A DNA stretch of 64,000 bases from Lama guanicoe (GCA_013239625.1 MU053884.1:1-64000), one strand, 5' to 3'. Positions 26,886 to 39,204 are shown, numbered from the stretch's first letter. The notes: generated by a model from the sequence alone, not told the origin. Numbers and translations are program-made.

Positions 26886-29312
26886 CATACTAATTTCTGA
26901 TTCTAAATCAAGAAGGCTTTAAGTTTAAACCTTTGACTCAATTCACACTTAAAACATATGCGTTTTCATAGCAGCCCCCAAATTCTACCATGAAATAAGA
27001 AGTATTTTATGTATCATAGAAGTACAGATCACTGGTTCACCTGCTGAAGAGAGATAAATGAGAACAGAGCAAAGGAGGGGACGAGGCCAACTCCAGAGCA
27101 GATGCAGGGGATCATCACCACTCACTGGACAGTCTGGCACATTCAACAAATCCCCTCAAAGTTCATTCTTAACAGGCTTGACACAAGAGAACATCAACAA
27201 CTGGCTCAGTCATCTGCTCCTGCTTTATCTCGGGAACTTCCCTGGAGCAAATGCATCGTAAACCAAAGATAATAAGGAAATGGCTGAAAATGATAACAAC
27301 TGGGAGTGCAATGTCTCTCTGACAAAATATTTATAAAACTCATTGTGGGAATGGGAGAGGGCAGGAGGGATGTGACTGAGGAAGGTATTGCCCTGTATTC
27401 TTTGTATCTAGCATGTCTGTTCTTCCTAGGTTTTAAAAACTCTTCAATGTTTCTCAGTTAATCTGGAGTAGATGGAACAGGCCAGGGAGGCAAGATAAGA
27501 AGAAAGGTGGCAGGGCATGAAGTGCTGCCAGGCTAGTCCTGAAATGGAGACAGACACAGACAGGCAGACACAGAGGGTTTAGGTATGAGGCGGAACAATG
27601 AGACGGTGGCTCAGTTGTGTCTTGCTGTTGCTGATACTTCCCTCAACTGTCTCACTGCTGACTCGGCAGTGCTGGATAAAACCTGTGGATTTCCTCAGCT
27701 CTGAGTTCTCTCTGAGGCTTCCGGCTCAGTCTGGAGCTGAGATGAGTTCTGTGGGCTTAGCCTAGGGGGGACTCAGCTCTGAGAATAGCCTGGAATCCTG
27801 GAAAACTTCACGCAGGAACCCCGGAGGCTGGACCAGCACTCACAGGGCTGCTGTGAGACCAGCTCCATAGTCAGAGCCCTGGGCGTGGACCATTCCATGG
27901 GGAAAAGGGCTGAGCCCGATGCCAAATCAGATAGGAGCGAAAAAGTGTGTTCATTCTCATGTGACTGGGCTTTGTGGCCTGGCTCACGGGTGGCAGGCTC
28001 AGGATGGTGTCTGGCAGAGAAAACCCTGGCAATGGGTTTGAGATGTCTTGGACTCTTTCTTGTTAAGCTTTTTGTAATACATTCTTATCAACTATCCATC
28101 CTGAAAATGCCAAATTCAAAACTGAAAGAATGTTAGAAGTTGCCTGCTCTAACTGCCCAATGGTAAACACACCCTGCTACAGTTAGAGAACTGGTCAGGC
28201 AGCCTCTGCCTGGATATTTACAGTGACGGGGAGTTCATTACTTCCAAAGGTTACAAGTCGGCAGGAAGGTCAGACAGAATTTTTGAACCTTAAACAGATA
28301 TCTGCCTCCTAGTCCTTGCTGAAAGGCAAGGAATAATGAGGATCCCTTCAAATGTAGTTTTGCCTGATTGTTATCTCTCTCTGTCAAAAGCACCCCAATT
28401 TTTTTTTCAAAATTCAGCTTTGATTTCTTTTTATCAAAGTAATGCCATACATTTAATAAAGAGTCAAACAGTTCTCGAACACCGATTGTAAAAAGGAGCA
28501 GTTCCCATCAACCGCCCCATTTCCTGGCCAGAAACAACCACGTTCAGCTCCTACTGCTGACTCTTGGAATACTTACTCCCTTTCTCTGACTAATATCCTT
28601 GTAACACAGCCTACTGACTTTTTCAGCTTTATGTATCACCTATTTAACTTTCTATTTTGGAAAATGAGGATTCAGCTCTCTTTCAAACCCCATCTCATCT
28701 ACACACCCAAACCTTCATTCTTCCAACCTTTTGATACAATTACATTATAATTTTGATCAGTTCAGTAGCCTTGCTTTACATTATTAGGACTCTGTACAGA
28801 CTGTTCACAGCTGTAGCAAGTTGCCTACTAGGCTTACTTTTTCCTTCCCTACTTTGTTTTTCCTGGAGTTAATAATTGTCTTGGTGGTTCATAGCTTAGG
28901 CTTCTGTGCACTTAACAATTCAACCCCAGACCTTCTCCTAATGAATAACTTTCTTAATGCTTTTCAATACATTGTCTAAAAATTTCATCTCCTTGAATAA
29001 ATCTCTTCAGATCTCCTTCAACCTGGATTAACCACATGCTAGCCTTGTCACAGAGCTCAAGGAGCCACTAGTGGGAAACAACAAAGGGAACACATGGACC
29101 AGGAGCAAGGAACAAATCAACATATTTTCCTTGGCAAAACATACTTAAAATAGTGGTAAAATTGTTTTCTTTACAAACACAAACAAACACACAAATCCCA
29201 AAAGCCCATAAAGAATGATTAAAGAGCCATCAAACCAATTGCCCTGACATCAAATACTGTATAATATAAAACAAAAATAACAGAAGGAAAATATCATATA
29301 ATATGAATCTCA

Positions 29313-29420
29313 AGGGGGATGTGGTACACTCAGTGGCAGAGTGTGTGCTCAGCATGCATAAGGTCCTAGGTTCAATCTTCAGTACCTCCATTAGAAAAAA
29401 AATTAAAAAGAAAAGAAAAA
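29313..29420 (+). mobile_element. Vic-1-like SINE
   Basis: ctcagtggcagagtgtgtgctcagcatgcataaggtcctaggttcaatcttcagtacctcca plus A tail. Confidence 0.85.
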
Positions 29421-29469
29421 TGTATCAACTTTAAATATTTACATATGTACAAACATCGTCTTTTAAAAC

Positions 29470-30262
29470 TGTGTTCTACACAATAACCCGGGTTAATGAG
29501 AAAGTGCCTCTTCATGACTGTGTTCCTGCTGATAATTGAGGGAGGAAATTAGAGTATGACCACATGAAATAAAGTCCCTTATGAAATAATGATCTCGGGT
29601 GACAATCATTATTGGCTGCTGTCATCACAAAAAAGAGAGTCAACTGAACATTATGTACTTATGACAGGAGTACAAAACTTCACATAACAAGTATTCTTGC
29701 ACAAAGTTGAACCTCAATCAGATCAAGCTTTTAGGGGAGGATCAAATCACTTAGCTAAAGCAAATACATAGGATGGAGAAACAAGTCTAACACCACAGGG
29801 GAGAATGAAATCAGCCAAACAGGAAATAGAGAAACCCCTCAGCAATTTCAAGGAAAATGAGAAACAGGAAAATTATAGATTAGAACCCACATGAGAGATA
29901 TGCTAGCTGCAATGTCTGAACCTAGTCTGGATCCTGATTTCAACCCCAAAACTACTTAAAAGTAAGTGTATTTTTGTGACAATAAGAGAATTATTTTCTA
30001 ACCCTAAAAAAAAAAGGAATATTCCAATTGTATTTGACAGAGAACTTGTCATTTCACTAATGAAAGGTTAAGCTATGTAGGATTGTCTTAAAAATGATCC
30101 CGTAGTGGGAGAGGGGAGGAAGTGGAGATGAAAGATGCAACAACAGTGACTCTGAGATTATAATTCTGGAGCTGGGTGACTGATATAGGCAGGCGGGCTG
30201 TGCTACTCTCTCTACTTCTGTACATGTTTGAATCTTTCCATAATATGTGAAACAAACAAAAA
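29470..30262 (+). mobile_element. Ancient L1M 3' end fragments
   Basis: tgcaatgtctgaacctagtctggatcctgatttcaa...ctctacttctgtacatgtttgaatctttccataat. Confidence 0.6.
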
Positions 30263-30369
30263 GACTTCCATGTTTTAAAACCCTCACTTTGAAAGTTAAG
30301 AGGTTGGCCCAAGTAGGAGTGCACATGCGTGGGGCACTGAGATTAGAAAGAACAGGCACCTGACTCCAG

Positions 30370-30950
30370 GCCAACCTGGGGCTAACTTGACCCTCCTCTT
30401 CTCCTCACCATCCACAGCCAGCCCATAACTGCATCCTGTCAGCTCCACTCCCCAAACGCATTCCTCCCTGGCTCCCACCATCTCTCATCTGGCCCACTCC
30501 AAGAGCCTCCTACCCAGCCTCCCTGCTTCCTGGGTCCCTGCAATTCATTCTCCACATTGTCTTTGCAAAATCTAAGTGAGAGAAAATTACTTTAGTGCTT
30601 AAACTATCATGACTGCTTCTCACTGCACTTAGAGTCTACACTCCTTTCTGTGCTACTGATGCCCTTCTAAACCTCGTGTCTCATCACTCTCACCAGTGCT
30701 GGCTCCAGTATCTCCTCAAACCTACTGAGCACATTTGTACCTCGGGCCAATGGACAAGCTACCTCTATTCCTGGGGTGACTTTTCCCAGATCCTCAAAGT
30801 CCAGCCTCCTTATCACCATCTCAGCTCACATGTAACCTACTCAAAGATAGCTTTCTTGACTCACTTCCCCCCAAGTCTCCCATCTCAACACTGTGTTATT
30901 TCCTTCACTTCAATCTGACATTGTTTCCTTATTCACCTGACTATTTTTGT
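30370..30950 (+). mobile_element. L2 fragment
   Basis: ccaccatctctcatctggcccactccaagagcctcctacccagcctccctgcttcc...caattcattctccaca. Confidence 0.65.
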
Positions 30951-31144
30951 TTGCTCTGTTGTCCTTGGCCTCCCTCCCCCCAGCAGCCTTGCCCAAATAC
31001 CATAAGCTCCCAGGGAGCAGCCGGCACTGCTTCTCTGAGAAGACACATGCTGAGCACGACATTACAGTCACGTGGTGTAGTGAAACGGTGTCGAACAGCA
31101 GATACAGCAAAGCAGTGAGAATTCCTTCTTATTTTATAATTTAA

Positions 31145-31595
31145 GTGAAACCTAACATTTACTCCTGTTTAATGAAGAATTTGGTAGGTCTTTGGTCCCA
31201 GTTCCTGGACGGCAACCCCTAAAGCCTTGAAATTTCCCAAGATTGGATTGTCTTTGCTATTTATAGTGGACCCTTGGATGGCTTGTGTTCATGAGATGAC
31301 TCAGGATGGGGACTGGCCAGCCAGAGACACCAACCATGTGATTAGAGGAGTGGAGCTTTGAGCTTTGTGACAAGTCAGTGACCAGAAGGGGAGGAAGGGG
31401 CTCAACGATTAGGGCTAAGGAAAGGTTTGAGTTATAGTTAGGGTTTGGGTTAGCCATGTTGGTAGTGACCCAATAAATCATGTCTTTGTTATGAAGCCTC
31501 CAGTGAAAACTAGGGGCAACAAAGCTCACAGCTCCTGTGAGCTTCCTGGTTGTTAACACTATTGGAGGACTGCCACACTCAGATGCCATGAGGGC
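31145..31595 (+). mobile_element. MER21-like LTR fragment
   Basis: ggtctttggtcccagttcctgg...gagatgactcaggatggggactggcc...accaaccatgtgattagagg...gagcttcctggttg. Confidence 0.65.
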
Positions 31596-31639
31596 AACCC
31601 TGATCCCTTCCCACTGGAGTGCTCTCCACAACAGCTCAC

Positions 31640-31754
31640 CTGAGGAGATCTAAGGGCTGCTTCTTGTCTATGCTTTGAGGAGGAGCCCATTCCCTGTACA
31701 GAAGGCCCTGTTCACTGGGGCAGCTGCGGTCCTCTGACGGAGGCTGAAGTTGCA
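31640..31754 (-). pseudogene. ANO6: ANO6 exon 7 homologue (115 nt vs 116; 1-nt deletion)
   Basis: cttcccag|TGCAACTTCAGCCTCCGTCAGAGGAC...GATCTCCTCAG|gtgagc = CNFSL/SEDRSCPSEQGLLYREWAPPQSIDKKQPLDLL. Confidence 0.93.
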
Positions 31755-33289
31755 CTGGGAAGCAGAAGCAAACACGTGAGCATCACTGTCACCACGTGAT
31801 CATATGTTCTGTTGATAAAATGTGGTGCTAACACTTTGTGGTCATTTGTAAATAAGGGGCCCTCACTTGCCAGAATGTATGGAGGTACCATATAATTTTT
31901 CATAATTCTCACCCAGGATTAATACTAACCTCTTCAGGGTCATTTGCAAACGTGGGTGGAAAGGAACGCTTGGATGTTACAATCCTGGGACCACCATGGG
32001 TACCTGATGAGAGCCTTGCAGATGCTTAATGTCCTACAACCAGGCCAGTCTTCCACAGCAAAAAATCTAGGCCACCCAAGAGCCCAAACTGCTGCAGTGC
32101 AGGGACACCTGATGGTCCAGCCCCCTCCTTGGACACCCAGAGGAACCTGGACTCTGGCAGGTTAGGGGCAGGGTCAATTCTATAACCCTGGCTTTTTTTT
32201 CCCCACAATTCAGTAGTTATTCAGTGACAGCACATGGAATATAAACAACAAAGAAACTTGACATGATGTTATATATTTAGCTTACTCAAGAAACAAAATT
32301 TAAATCCAGTCATTCTCCTTCCCACCTGACCTACTTTCCTTTCTCCTGTACTAAAACCAGATTATCGCCCACCCAGCCTTAACATGGGTCCTGACTCCAA
32401 TTTCCTCCCTCCCAAACACCACATGAGATGATTCCTCAGCCTGGATGTGGGACCAGCACTTACAAAATGCTTTAGTGGAAAAGTAATGGTTGTGCGCCAA
32501 TGCCAACTAAACACTGTAGAATCCTGGTGTCCCACATTATTAATCATGACAGCTGTTTGCCAGTGTCCCCAAAGTTCATTTCAGACTCTCACTGCTAATT
32601 TTGCTGGGACATATATATAAAACAGGTGGACTGCTGGGCTGGACTGCTATGCTGGGTCTCTGATCCTGGAAGCTCAGTTTCTGCTCCCTGCATCCAGCTC
32701 CTTGTTCTGTTCATGCATGTGCATCAAGCAGCTGTTTAGTGTCCATTTTAATATCTTAAACAGTGCATTTCAGTATTGCCTTCATCCACAAATACGTGTA
32801 CCACACAGTACTAATAATCAATCTCAGTCTTTGCTTTCTTTGGTCTTAGAGAGTCAGATAAATGGATAGCAAAGATAACAAAGTCATAGAGTGCTATAAT
32901 ATAGTATTTCCTTTATTTCAATGACAGGATTTATTTAAAGAGCTTAGATATAACATCCTTGCATTTATGGCATCTTTAAGTGTCTGAAGCTGTTACATTT
33001 TAAAAACGTCATTTCATATGAGATGTTATCAGTTAGAGAAGTGCTCCTGAATTTGAGGGGTTGATATCATCTCAGACGGAGTCCCTAAAAAATGTCAACA
33101 CTCTGCAGTATTGCCATCATGACAAGAACCCAGACAGATGAAATTTGGAAAGCCCTGTGGCTTCCTAGTGCACAGACAGAAAATGGTATTTCAGAGGGAA
33201 AAATCCTGAATTATAGAAAATGATAAATGAAATGATCTAACATGTATTTCCCTTACAAAGAACTAATACTCCTTGGTTTTATAATAACA

Positions 33290-33510
33290 TCTGTCAGTAA
33301 TAATGAAAAGAGCTGACAGATGCATAGTACTTACTATTAGCCAGGGCTGTTCTAACATTGACAGAGATTCATTAATCCCCATAGCAACTCTACGAGGTGG
33401 GTACTATTATTATCTCCACTTTGTTGATGAGGAACTTGATAAACACAGAGGCTAAATGACTTTTAGAAGGTCGACAGGGAGAAACCAGCACAGGTGTTCC
33501 AGCCTGAGTC
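33290..33510 (-). mobile_element. MIR SINE
   Basis: aatccccatagcaactctacgaggtgggtactattattatctccactttgttgatgaggaact. Confidence 0.7.
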
Positions 33511-33560
33511 TGTGCTCTTGGCCACATCTCTTTTTTTTTTTTTTTTTTTGGGGGGAGGGA

Positions 33561-33764
33561 NNNNNNNNNNNNNNNNNNNNNNNNNNNNNNNNNNNNNNNN
33601 NNNNNNNNNNNNNNNNNNNNNNNNNNNNNNNNNNNNNNNNNNNNNNNNNNNNNNNNNNNNNNNNNNNNNNNNNNNNNNNNNNNNNNNNNNNNNNNNNNNN
33701 NNNNNNNNNNNNNNNNNNNNNNNNNNNNNNNNNNNNNNNNNNNNNNNNNNNNNNNNNNNNNNNN
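33561..33764. other. Assembly gap (204 N), preceded by the poly(T)/G-rich tail of a probable antisense SINE
   Basis: Run of N; the left flank tttttttttttttttttttgggggaggga resembles the tails of the other minus-strand SINEs. Confidence 0.95.
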
Positions 33765-33987
33765 TGGGGGAACTTCATTCCATTCCCTCGTTAAAAAACT
33801 CAGCCTTCCCAGTGCCTGGGATTCCACAGTGAACAAGACAACATGGTTCCTGCCCTAAATGAGCTTGTCGCCTCCTGATATATTATCTTCATTTTACCCA
33901 GGAAGAAACAAGGTCAAGATTAGCCTTTTCCTGTTAACACTGGAGGATACATGACGTGATTTATTTCATTTCTGCCATTTGACTTAC

Positions 33988-34102
33988 ACCATGGGGAGAG
34001 AAAGCTGCCTTCCAGTTCCCGGAGCTCACAAACCTGTTAATCCCGAATTTTTTTAACACTGTCCCTTACTTGATACTTGATCTGAGAACGGATGAAATAA
34101 AC
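33988..34102 (-). pseudogene. ANO6: ANO6 exon 6 homologue (115 nt vs 114; +1 A in an A7 run)
   Basis: cattttag|GTTTATTTCATCCGTTCTCAGATCAAGTATCAA...CCCCATGGT|gtaagt = VYFIRSQIKYQVRDSVKK/FGINRFVSSGNWKAAFSPHG. Confidence 0.93.
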
Positions 34103-34326
34103 CTAAAATGATTCTAAGAGAGTGTGTGGTTTATACAGAGTAACTAACCAGCCACTGTTTACTATCCTAACAGGAATCTGTAGGCATATTTCTTTTCCTT
34201 CTTTTTTTTCCTTTTTATGGGCAGCTTTTAAAAACCAAACCAAACCAACTAAGCCAAATCACTGATAATTCAACAGCAGGTTCTAACTCACCCCCAAGAC
34301 AGCAGCTAAACTTGGTTTAGACTTAC

Positions 34327-34611
34327 AATGCGGCTTCTGGTGGCTGGATTGAAGAATGTATCTCTGTCCTGAATATAAAAGTCATTCACGCAGTTGTTCT
34401 CAAATAGGGCAATGAAAAACTCTTGCCCTGGCTTGATGATACTTTCATCCACTTGGAGGACTTTCATCAAACAGCTGAAGTTATCAAAGGCTGAGGATCG
34501 GATTTTCAGATCATTGGGCTTCAGAGGCAATTTTATGTGCAGTATCTCAGCGTATGTACAGAGCACTTACAGGGTGTGTACTTTTGCAAACACAACCTTG
34601 TCATCCAAAAC
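34327..34611 (-). pseudogene. ANO6: ANO6 exon 5 homologue (285 nt vs 288; in-frame TAA at 34569-34567)
   Basis: ccaatatag|GTTTTGGATGACAAG... = VLDDKVVFAKVHTL*VLCTYAEILHIKLPLKPNDLKIRSSAFDNF...FFNPATRSRI|gtaagt; the conserved HAPWE motif is destroyed. Confidence 0.96.
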
Positions 34612-35488
34612 CTATATTGGGAGAATGAAAACAGAAACCAGGAAACTATTTTCACATTTTTAGTACACAGATTATTCTTACGTTGCTGGTAGATAAAGCA
34701 CTTGTACAAACACACACACATATGACACTGGCAAAAGTGAAGATATAATAAAAACAGATTTGCAAACCATCATACATTTTTGCCTTAAAGATAAATTCTT
34801 TGTTGAAATTACTGAAAAGTTATTTAAAATCTTTAGAGTTCATTCATAAAATAACCATTGTTTTACATGAAGAAAAGCAAACTTGATAATTTTTAGTACA
34901 AATTAGTAACAAAAAATAAAAACACCGTAATATTATTTGCAGTGGTATTGTAGTGACAATTTTTTAAATTTCTGAAACCTAGGACTATTTATATATCTGT
35001 TCAATATAGTGTTAAACAGCCATTAAAAGGGAATTAAAAGAATTTTATTTATTGATATGGAATATATCATAAAAGGAAAAAGCAAAAAAATGTGAAATAA
35101 TAATTTTCCTTTTTGGAAGGGAAAAATATCTAAATTTGAACAAAAAAATGTTTAGAAGGATTTTAAGTTTCTTTATGTATAATTAAGGTACATATAATTT
35201 TTAATTCCACTCTTCTTTCATTTTCAAATTTGGGGGGTAAATTTTTATAATAAAAAAATCTTTAAAAAGGTTCTTGCATTAATACATTAATAGATATATT
35301 TATGACTAAATTCTCTGGCTTTTAAAAAAGATCTCCTAGCTTTGGATCTGAAACATACATTGCATAATGCAGATCCTGACTGACTCGCCTCCCAGCCCAC
35401 AGTGAAGGTACAACTAAGGTGACATATTTCAAATACCATTCCAGGTAACATGTAGGCTCCCAGTCAATGGCTGCAAAGGGACTGACAC

Positions 35489-35553
35489 TGATCAGGTTGC
35501 TCCCAGCTGCAGACCATCACAGATGAGGTTAGAGTCATAGGCTCATATTTTCT
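35489..35553 (-). pseudogene. ANO6: ANO6 exon 4 homologue (about 65 nt vs 66; frameshift, TGA codons)
   Basis: ttttgacag|AGAAAATATGAGCCTATGACTCTAACCTCATCTGTGATGGTCTGCAGCTGGGAGCAACCTGATCA|gtgtca = RK/(*)AYDSNLICDGLQLGAT*S. Confidence 0.88.
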
Positions 35554-36287
35554 CTGTCAAAAGAAATCAGAAAATTTTAGGCTTTTACTTTCACCAAAGG
35601 AACAAGAAGTTGTTTGATTTTTTTATGCAAAAAAATAACAACAAACCATTTTGAACCTGATGAAAATACATTTGCTCAAAACAACACAGTAGCAATGCAT
35701 GTGCTTTGGCTGGCAGGGACTTGTTGGTTCCCTGTGAGTGCTGGACTCCTCACATGGAATTCCCTTGGCACTCCAGAAGGCCTGTGATTGTCCCCATGTG
35801 TTTGTGGCCATATGTGGTGCACAAAAGTCTCTGGCTTTGCCACAATTTCAAAGCCTTTTTTGGCTTATGAAAGACTTTGCACTCAAATGGAGTTTTCTTG
35901 AGTCCACTCACTGATGTCATTCACCACAGTTATAGTCCAGATCTGACATTCTAGACTCTTAAAATCTTGCAGACATTCAAATGGTTCAGGTTTGGATGTG
36001 TATTCACCTCTGCAGGCCTGGACCTAATTCGATAAAGCCACCCGGACAAGTTCAGCAAAATGCAAAGACATTTTTCTCTCTGCAAGACTGAAATGTCTGT
36101 GAAGCTATAAAAACTTCTGAATCTACAAATATTGGGAACCAACTCATCAATAACATATCTATCCATAATGCATGGCCATTTAAAAAAATACTGTATTTGC
36201 TGCTATTAAATTCTATCTGGCTTTTGCCAAATTGTGTCCTAAACTGTAAGGAAAGTATATAAATGTAGAGAATTTTTTGACCTTTTA

Positions 36288-37050
36288 AGAGAAAAAGGAA
36301 CCCTCCTACTCGGTTGGTGGGAATGTAAATTGGTGCAGCCACTATGGAGGACATTACAGAGGTTCCTTAGAAAACTAAAAATAGACTTCCGTGTGATCCA
36401 GCAATCCCATTCATGGGTATATATCTGAAGAAAAATATAATTCAAAAAGACACATGCACCCCAATGTTCACAGCAGCACTATTTACAATAGCCAAGACAC
36501 TGAAACAACCCAAATGTTCACTGACAGATGACTGGATAAAGAAGGTGTGGTATATTATATATATATAGGTACATATAGTTATATATAGGTATATACACAT
36601 ATATATACACACACATATGGAATAGTGCTCAGCCATAAAACATAAAATAATGCCATTTGCACTAACATGGATGGACCTACAGTGTATTATGCTGAGTGAA
36701 ATAAGAGAAAGAAAAACAAATATTCTATGTATTAACATACGTATATTTAAAAAATAAAACAAATTAATGACTATATTAAAGCAGAAATAGACTCACAGGA
36801 ACACAGAACAGACTGGTGGTTACCAATGGGGTGAAGGAGGAGAGGGGAGGCAGGAAGGGGGTAGAGGATTGAGAGGTAAAAATTACTACATATAAAATGG
36901 ATAGGTTACAGAGCTGCATCATACAGCACAAGGAAATATAGCCATTATTTTATGGTGACTTTAAATGGAATATAATCTATAAAAATGTTGAGCCTCTGTG
37001 TTGTACACCTGAAACTAATATGATGTAAATCAACTACTCAATTACAAAAT
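36288..37050 (+). mobile_element. L1 3' fragment (ORF2 end and 3'UTR)
   Basis: gagaaaaaggaaccctcctactcggttggtgggaatgtaaattggtgcagccactatgg...tgttgtacacctgaaactaatatgatgtaaatcaact. Confidence 0.9.
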
Positions 37051-37054
37051 TTTT

Positions 37055-37277
37055 TTAACATATTTGTTGATTTATAATCATTTTACAATGTTGTGTCAAA
37101 TTTCAGTGTTCAGCACAATTTTTCAGTCATTCATGGACATATACACACTCATTGTCACATTTTTTTCTCTGTGATTTATCATAACATTTTGTGTATATTT
37201 CCCTGTGCTATACAGTGTAATCTTGTTTATCTATTCTACAATTTTGAAATCCCAGTCTATCCCTTCCCACCTCTACC
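37055..37277 (-). mobile_element. Short young L1 3'UTR insertion, antisense, with TSD
   Basis: Reverse complement of the 3'UTR seen at about 280-510; flanked by caaaattttt at 37045-37054 and 37278-37287. Confidence 0.88.
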
Positions 37278-37329
37278 CAAAATTTTTAATCAAAGTTTTC
37301 TTTTCATATTATTTGCAATAAGTTAGGAG

Positions 37330-37620
37330 CCAGCACTGTCAATAGAAACATAGTGCAAGTCACAATTTTCCAGTAATCCCATTAAGACAATAAAAAGGAA
37401 CAAGTGTACTTAATTCCAGTAATAATTATATTTATCCCAAAATATCCAGTATACTATCACTTCAAAAGTGTGTTTAACACTTTTAAAACTTAATAATAAA
37501 TATTTTACGTTATTTTTGTTGTACATAGTCTTCAAAATCTATTATGTATTTTCCACTAATAGAACATCTCAATTCACAATGGCCACATGTGGCTAGTGGC
37601 TACCATACTAGACAGAGCAG
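37330..37620 (-). mobile_element. MER33-like hAT-Charlie DNA transposon
   Basis: cagcactgtcaatagaaac...ggccacatgtggctagtggctaccatactagacagagcag. Confidence 0.75.
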
Positions 37621-37800
37621 TTACACCATTCATACTTCTGATAATTACCTGCTCTTACTTATTTAAAAAACTTGCAGAAAAGACTTTAGATATTCCCTAT
37701 ATCAAACAAATCAACCTTGACAGGTGGGGAGTATCTTCATTATAAATTGAAAAATAAAGGTAAGAGAGCCATGGTTACATGTATGTTAATGTAACAATAC

Positions 37801-37926
37801 CTTCTTAATACATTCAGGACTTTACAATCTTTCTTCATATGCCAAGGATTCACTGTCACTGCACAATGTTTTTCACTATTATCATCTTTGGAATTGAGAG
37901 GCTTCTGATGACCCTGCTTTGTGCAT
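37801..37926 (-). pseudogene. KLHL2: Isolated KLHL2 (Mayven) exon 2 copy, 126 nt, open frame, canonical splice sites
   Basis: ttctcttatgtacag|A TGC ACA AAG CAG GGT CAT CAG AAG CCT...TTA AGA AG|gtattg = CTKQGHQKPLNSKDDNSEKHCAVTVNPWHMKKDCKVLNVLR, versus recalled human CTKQGHQKPLDSKDDNTEKHCPVTVNPWHMKKAFKVMNELR. No other KLHL2 exon found. Confidence 0.92.
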
Positions 37927-37982
37927 CTGTACATAAGAGAAAATAACAAAACAGAGAAAAAGGCCTTATTAAAGATAATTAA

Positions 37983-38138
37983 GGGGGGGAGGGTATAGCT
38001 CAAGTGAAAGATCATATTCTTAGCATGCACAAGGGCCTGGGTTCAATCCCCAGTAGTTCTTCTAAAAATAAAATAAATAAATAAAAACCTAATCACCACC
38101 CCCCTGCAAAAATTAATTACTTTAATAAAAAGTTTAAA
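37983..38138 (+). mobile_element. Vic-1-like SINE with TSD
   Basis: gggggagggtatagctcaagtg...tagcatgcacaagggcctgggttcaatccccagta; TSD aaagataatt at 37971-37980 and 38139-38148. Confidence 0.88.
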
Positions 38139-39204
38139 AAAGATAATTTAGTGCACGCTTATCAGGCTACAAGAGCTACAATGAATGTCTCTCCCCCATT
38201 AATTTAGAAGAAGTCTCACAGTATTTCCCAACATAAAGGCTAAAATATAATTCAGAACACTTTCTGATGATCAGCATGATTTTAACAAAAAAGTAGATAA
38301 TTACCTCCCTGGTGTCAAAGCACTGTCAGAGATGTGCACAGAAAATTTAGTAAAAACGATTTTGCAACTACCTTTGAAAAAATGGTGAGAAATGATCTTT
38401 TCTGTTGGAAATTAGTCTGCTTTTACATTCTGCAGTAGGCATACGTGTTTACAAACCAGGCAGGAACTGGATCATATTTTACACATACCTTAGAAACTGA
38501 TTTGAATTTTGCTGTTTACCTGCAAGGCTATTTTTAAGGTAATAACATAAGCTGGACACTGTACAAAATTTTGTTTCCCTGTTTGCTTAATCCTCACAAC
38601 AACTCTGAAAGCTGCTATTATTACCCCCATATAACAGATAAAGAGCTTGAGGCAGAAAATAATTTGGGTAACTTTGTAAATGGTGGAGCTAGGTAAGACT
38701 GCAGCCAGTCTGACACTGAAGTCCATTCTTCTCACCGATGTCTGATACTTCTACCTACATTCAGCAATGACCGTTGATTTCATATTTAAATGTAATTTCT
38801 AAAAGTGCAAAGCTATATTAGTACTGCTGTGTAAATTATACTTTTGAGATGTGATTGCCATAAAAACAAAAACAAATAAAATCAGGTTGCCACCAGGGGG
38901 AAGCTGAACTGCATATGAACGGAAACAAGGGGACTTTTTGAGGACACAGTTGCACAACTCTAGAAATAGCTATAATGGCTGCCTTGTACAATTATAATGT
39001 GTGAATTTAATGGACTGTAAATTACACCTTAATACAGCTATTAAATTAAGAAACTGGGATACCAAATTAAGACTACAACACATATATATATCACACAAAG
39101 AACAACAGGCAAATATCATTATTTACTGAACCATTTCCCTTCATGCAGTTTCCTTTCCTCACTTGTTCCTGAAAGGATGAATCATTTTTAAAATAGTCTT
39201 TTAA

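Larger units (their letters stand above)
4775..35553 (-). pseudogene. ANO6: Unprocessed (intron-containing) anoctamin-6/TMEM16F pseudogene, exons 4-8, 11 and 12 in the window; may continue beyond the left edge
   Basis: Seven collinear minus-strand exons translate to ANO6-like peptides (LCTYAEILHIKLPLKPNDL; FFNPATRSRI; YREWA.P.SI.KKQPLDL; YFAWLGYYTQM; LEFWKR.QAELEY; EE..PFT.WGKCI). Multiple stops and frameshifts. Confidence 0.93.

Noticed and set aside
33390..33836. ORFs spanning the N run
   Set aside because: Artefacts of translating the assembly gap.
31640..34102. Compensating frameshifts (+1 in exon 6, -1 in exon 7) preserving an ANO6 frame
   Set aside because: The shifted frame hits TAA within four codons (ATT CGG GAT TAA), and the upstream exons are already disabled.
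34306..34566. 86-aa ANO6-like ORF as a functional CDS
   Set aside because: It starts at a GTG immediately after an in-frame TAA inside exon 5, and the neighbouring exons are frameshifted.
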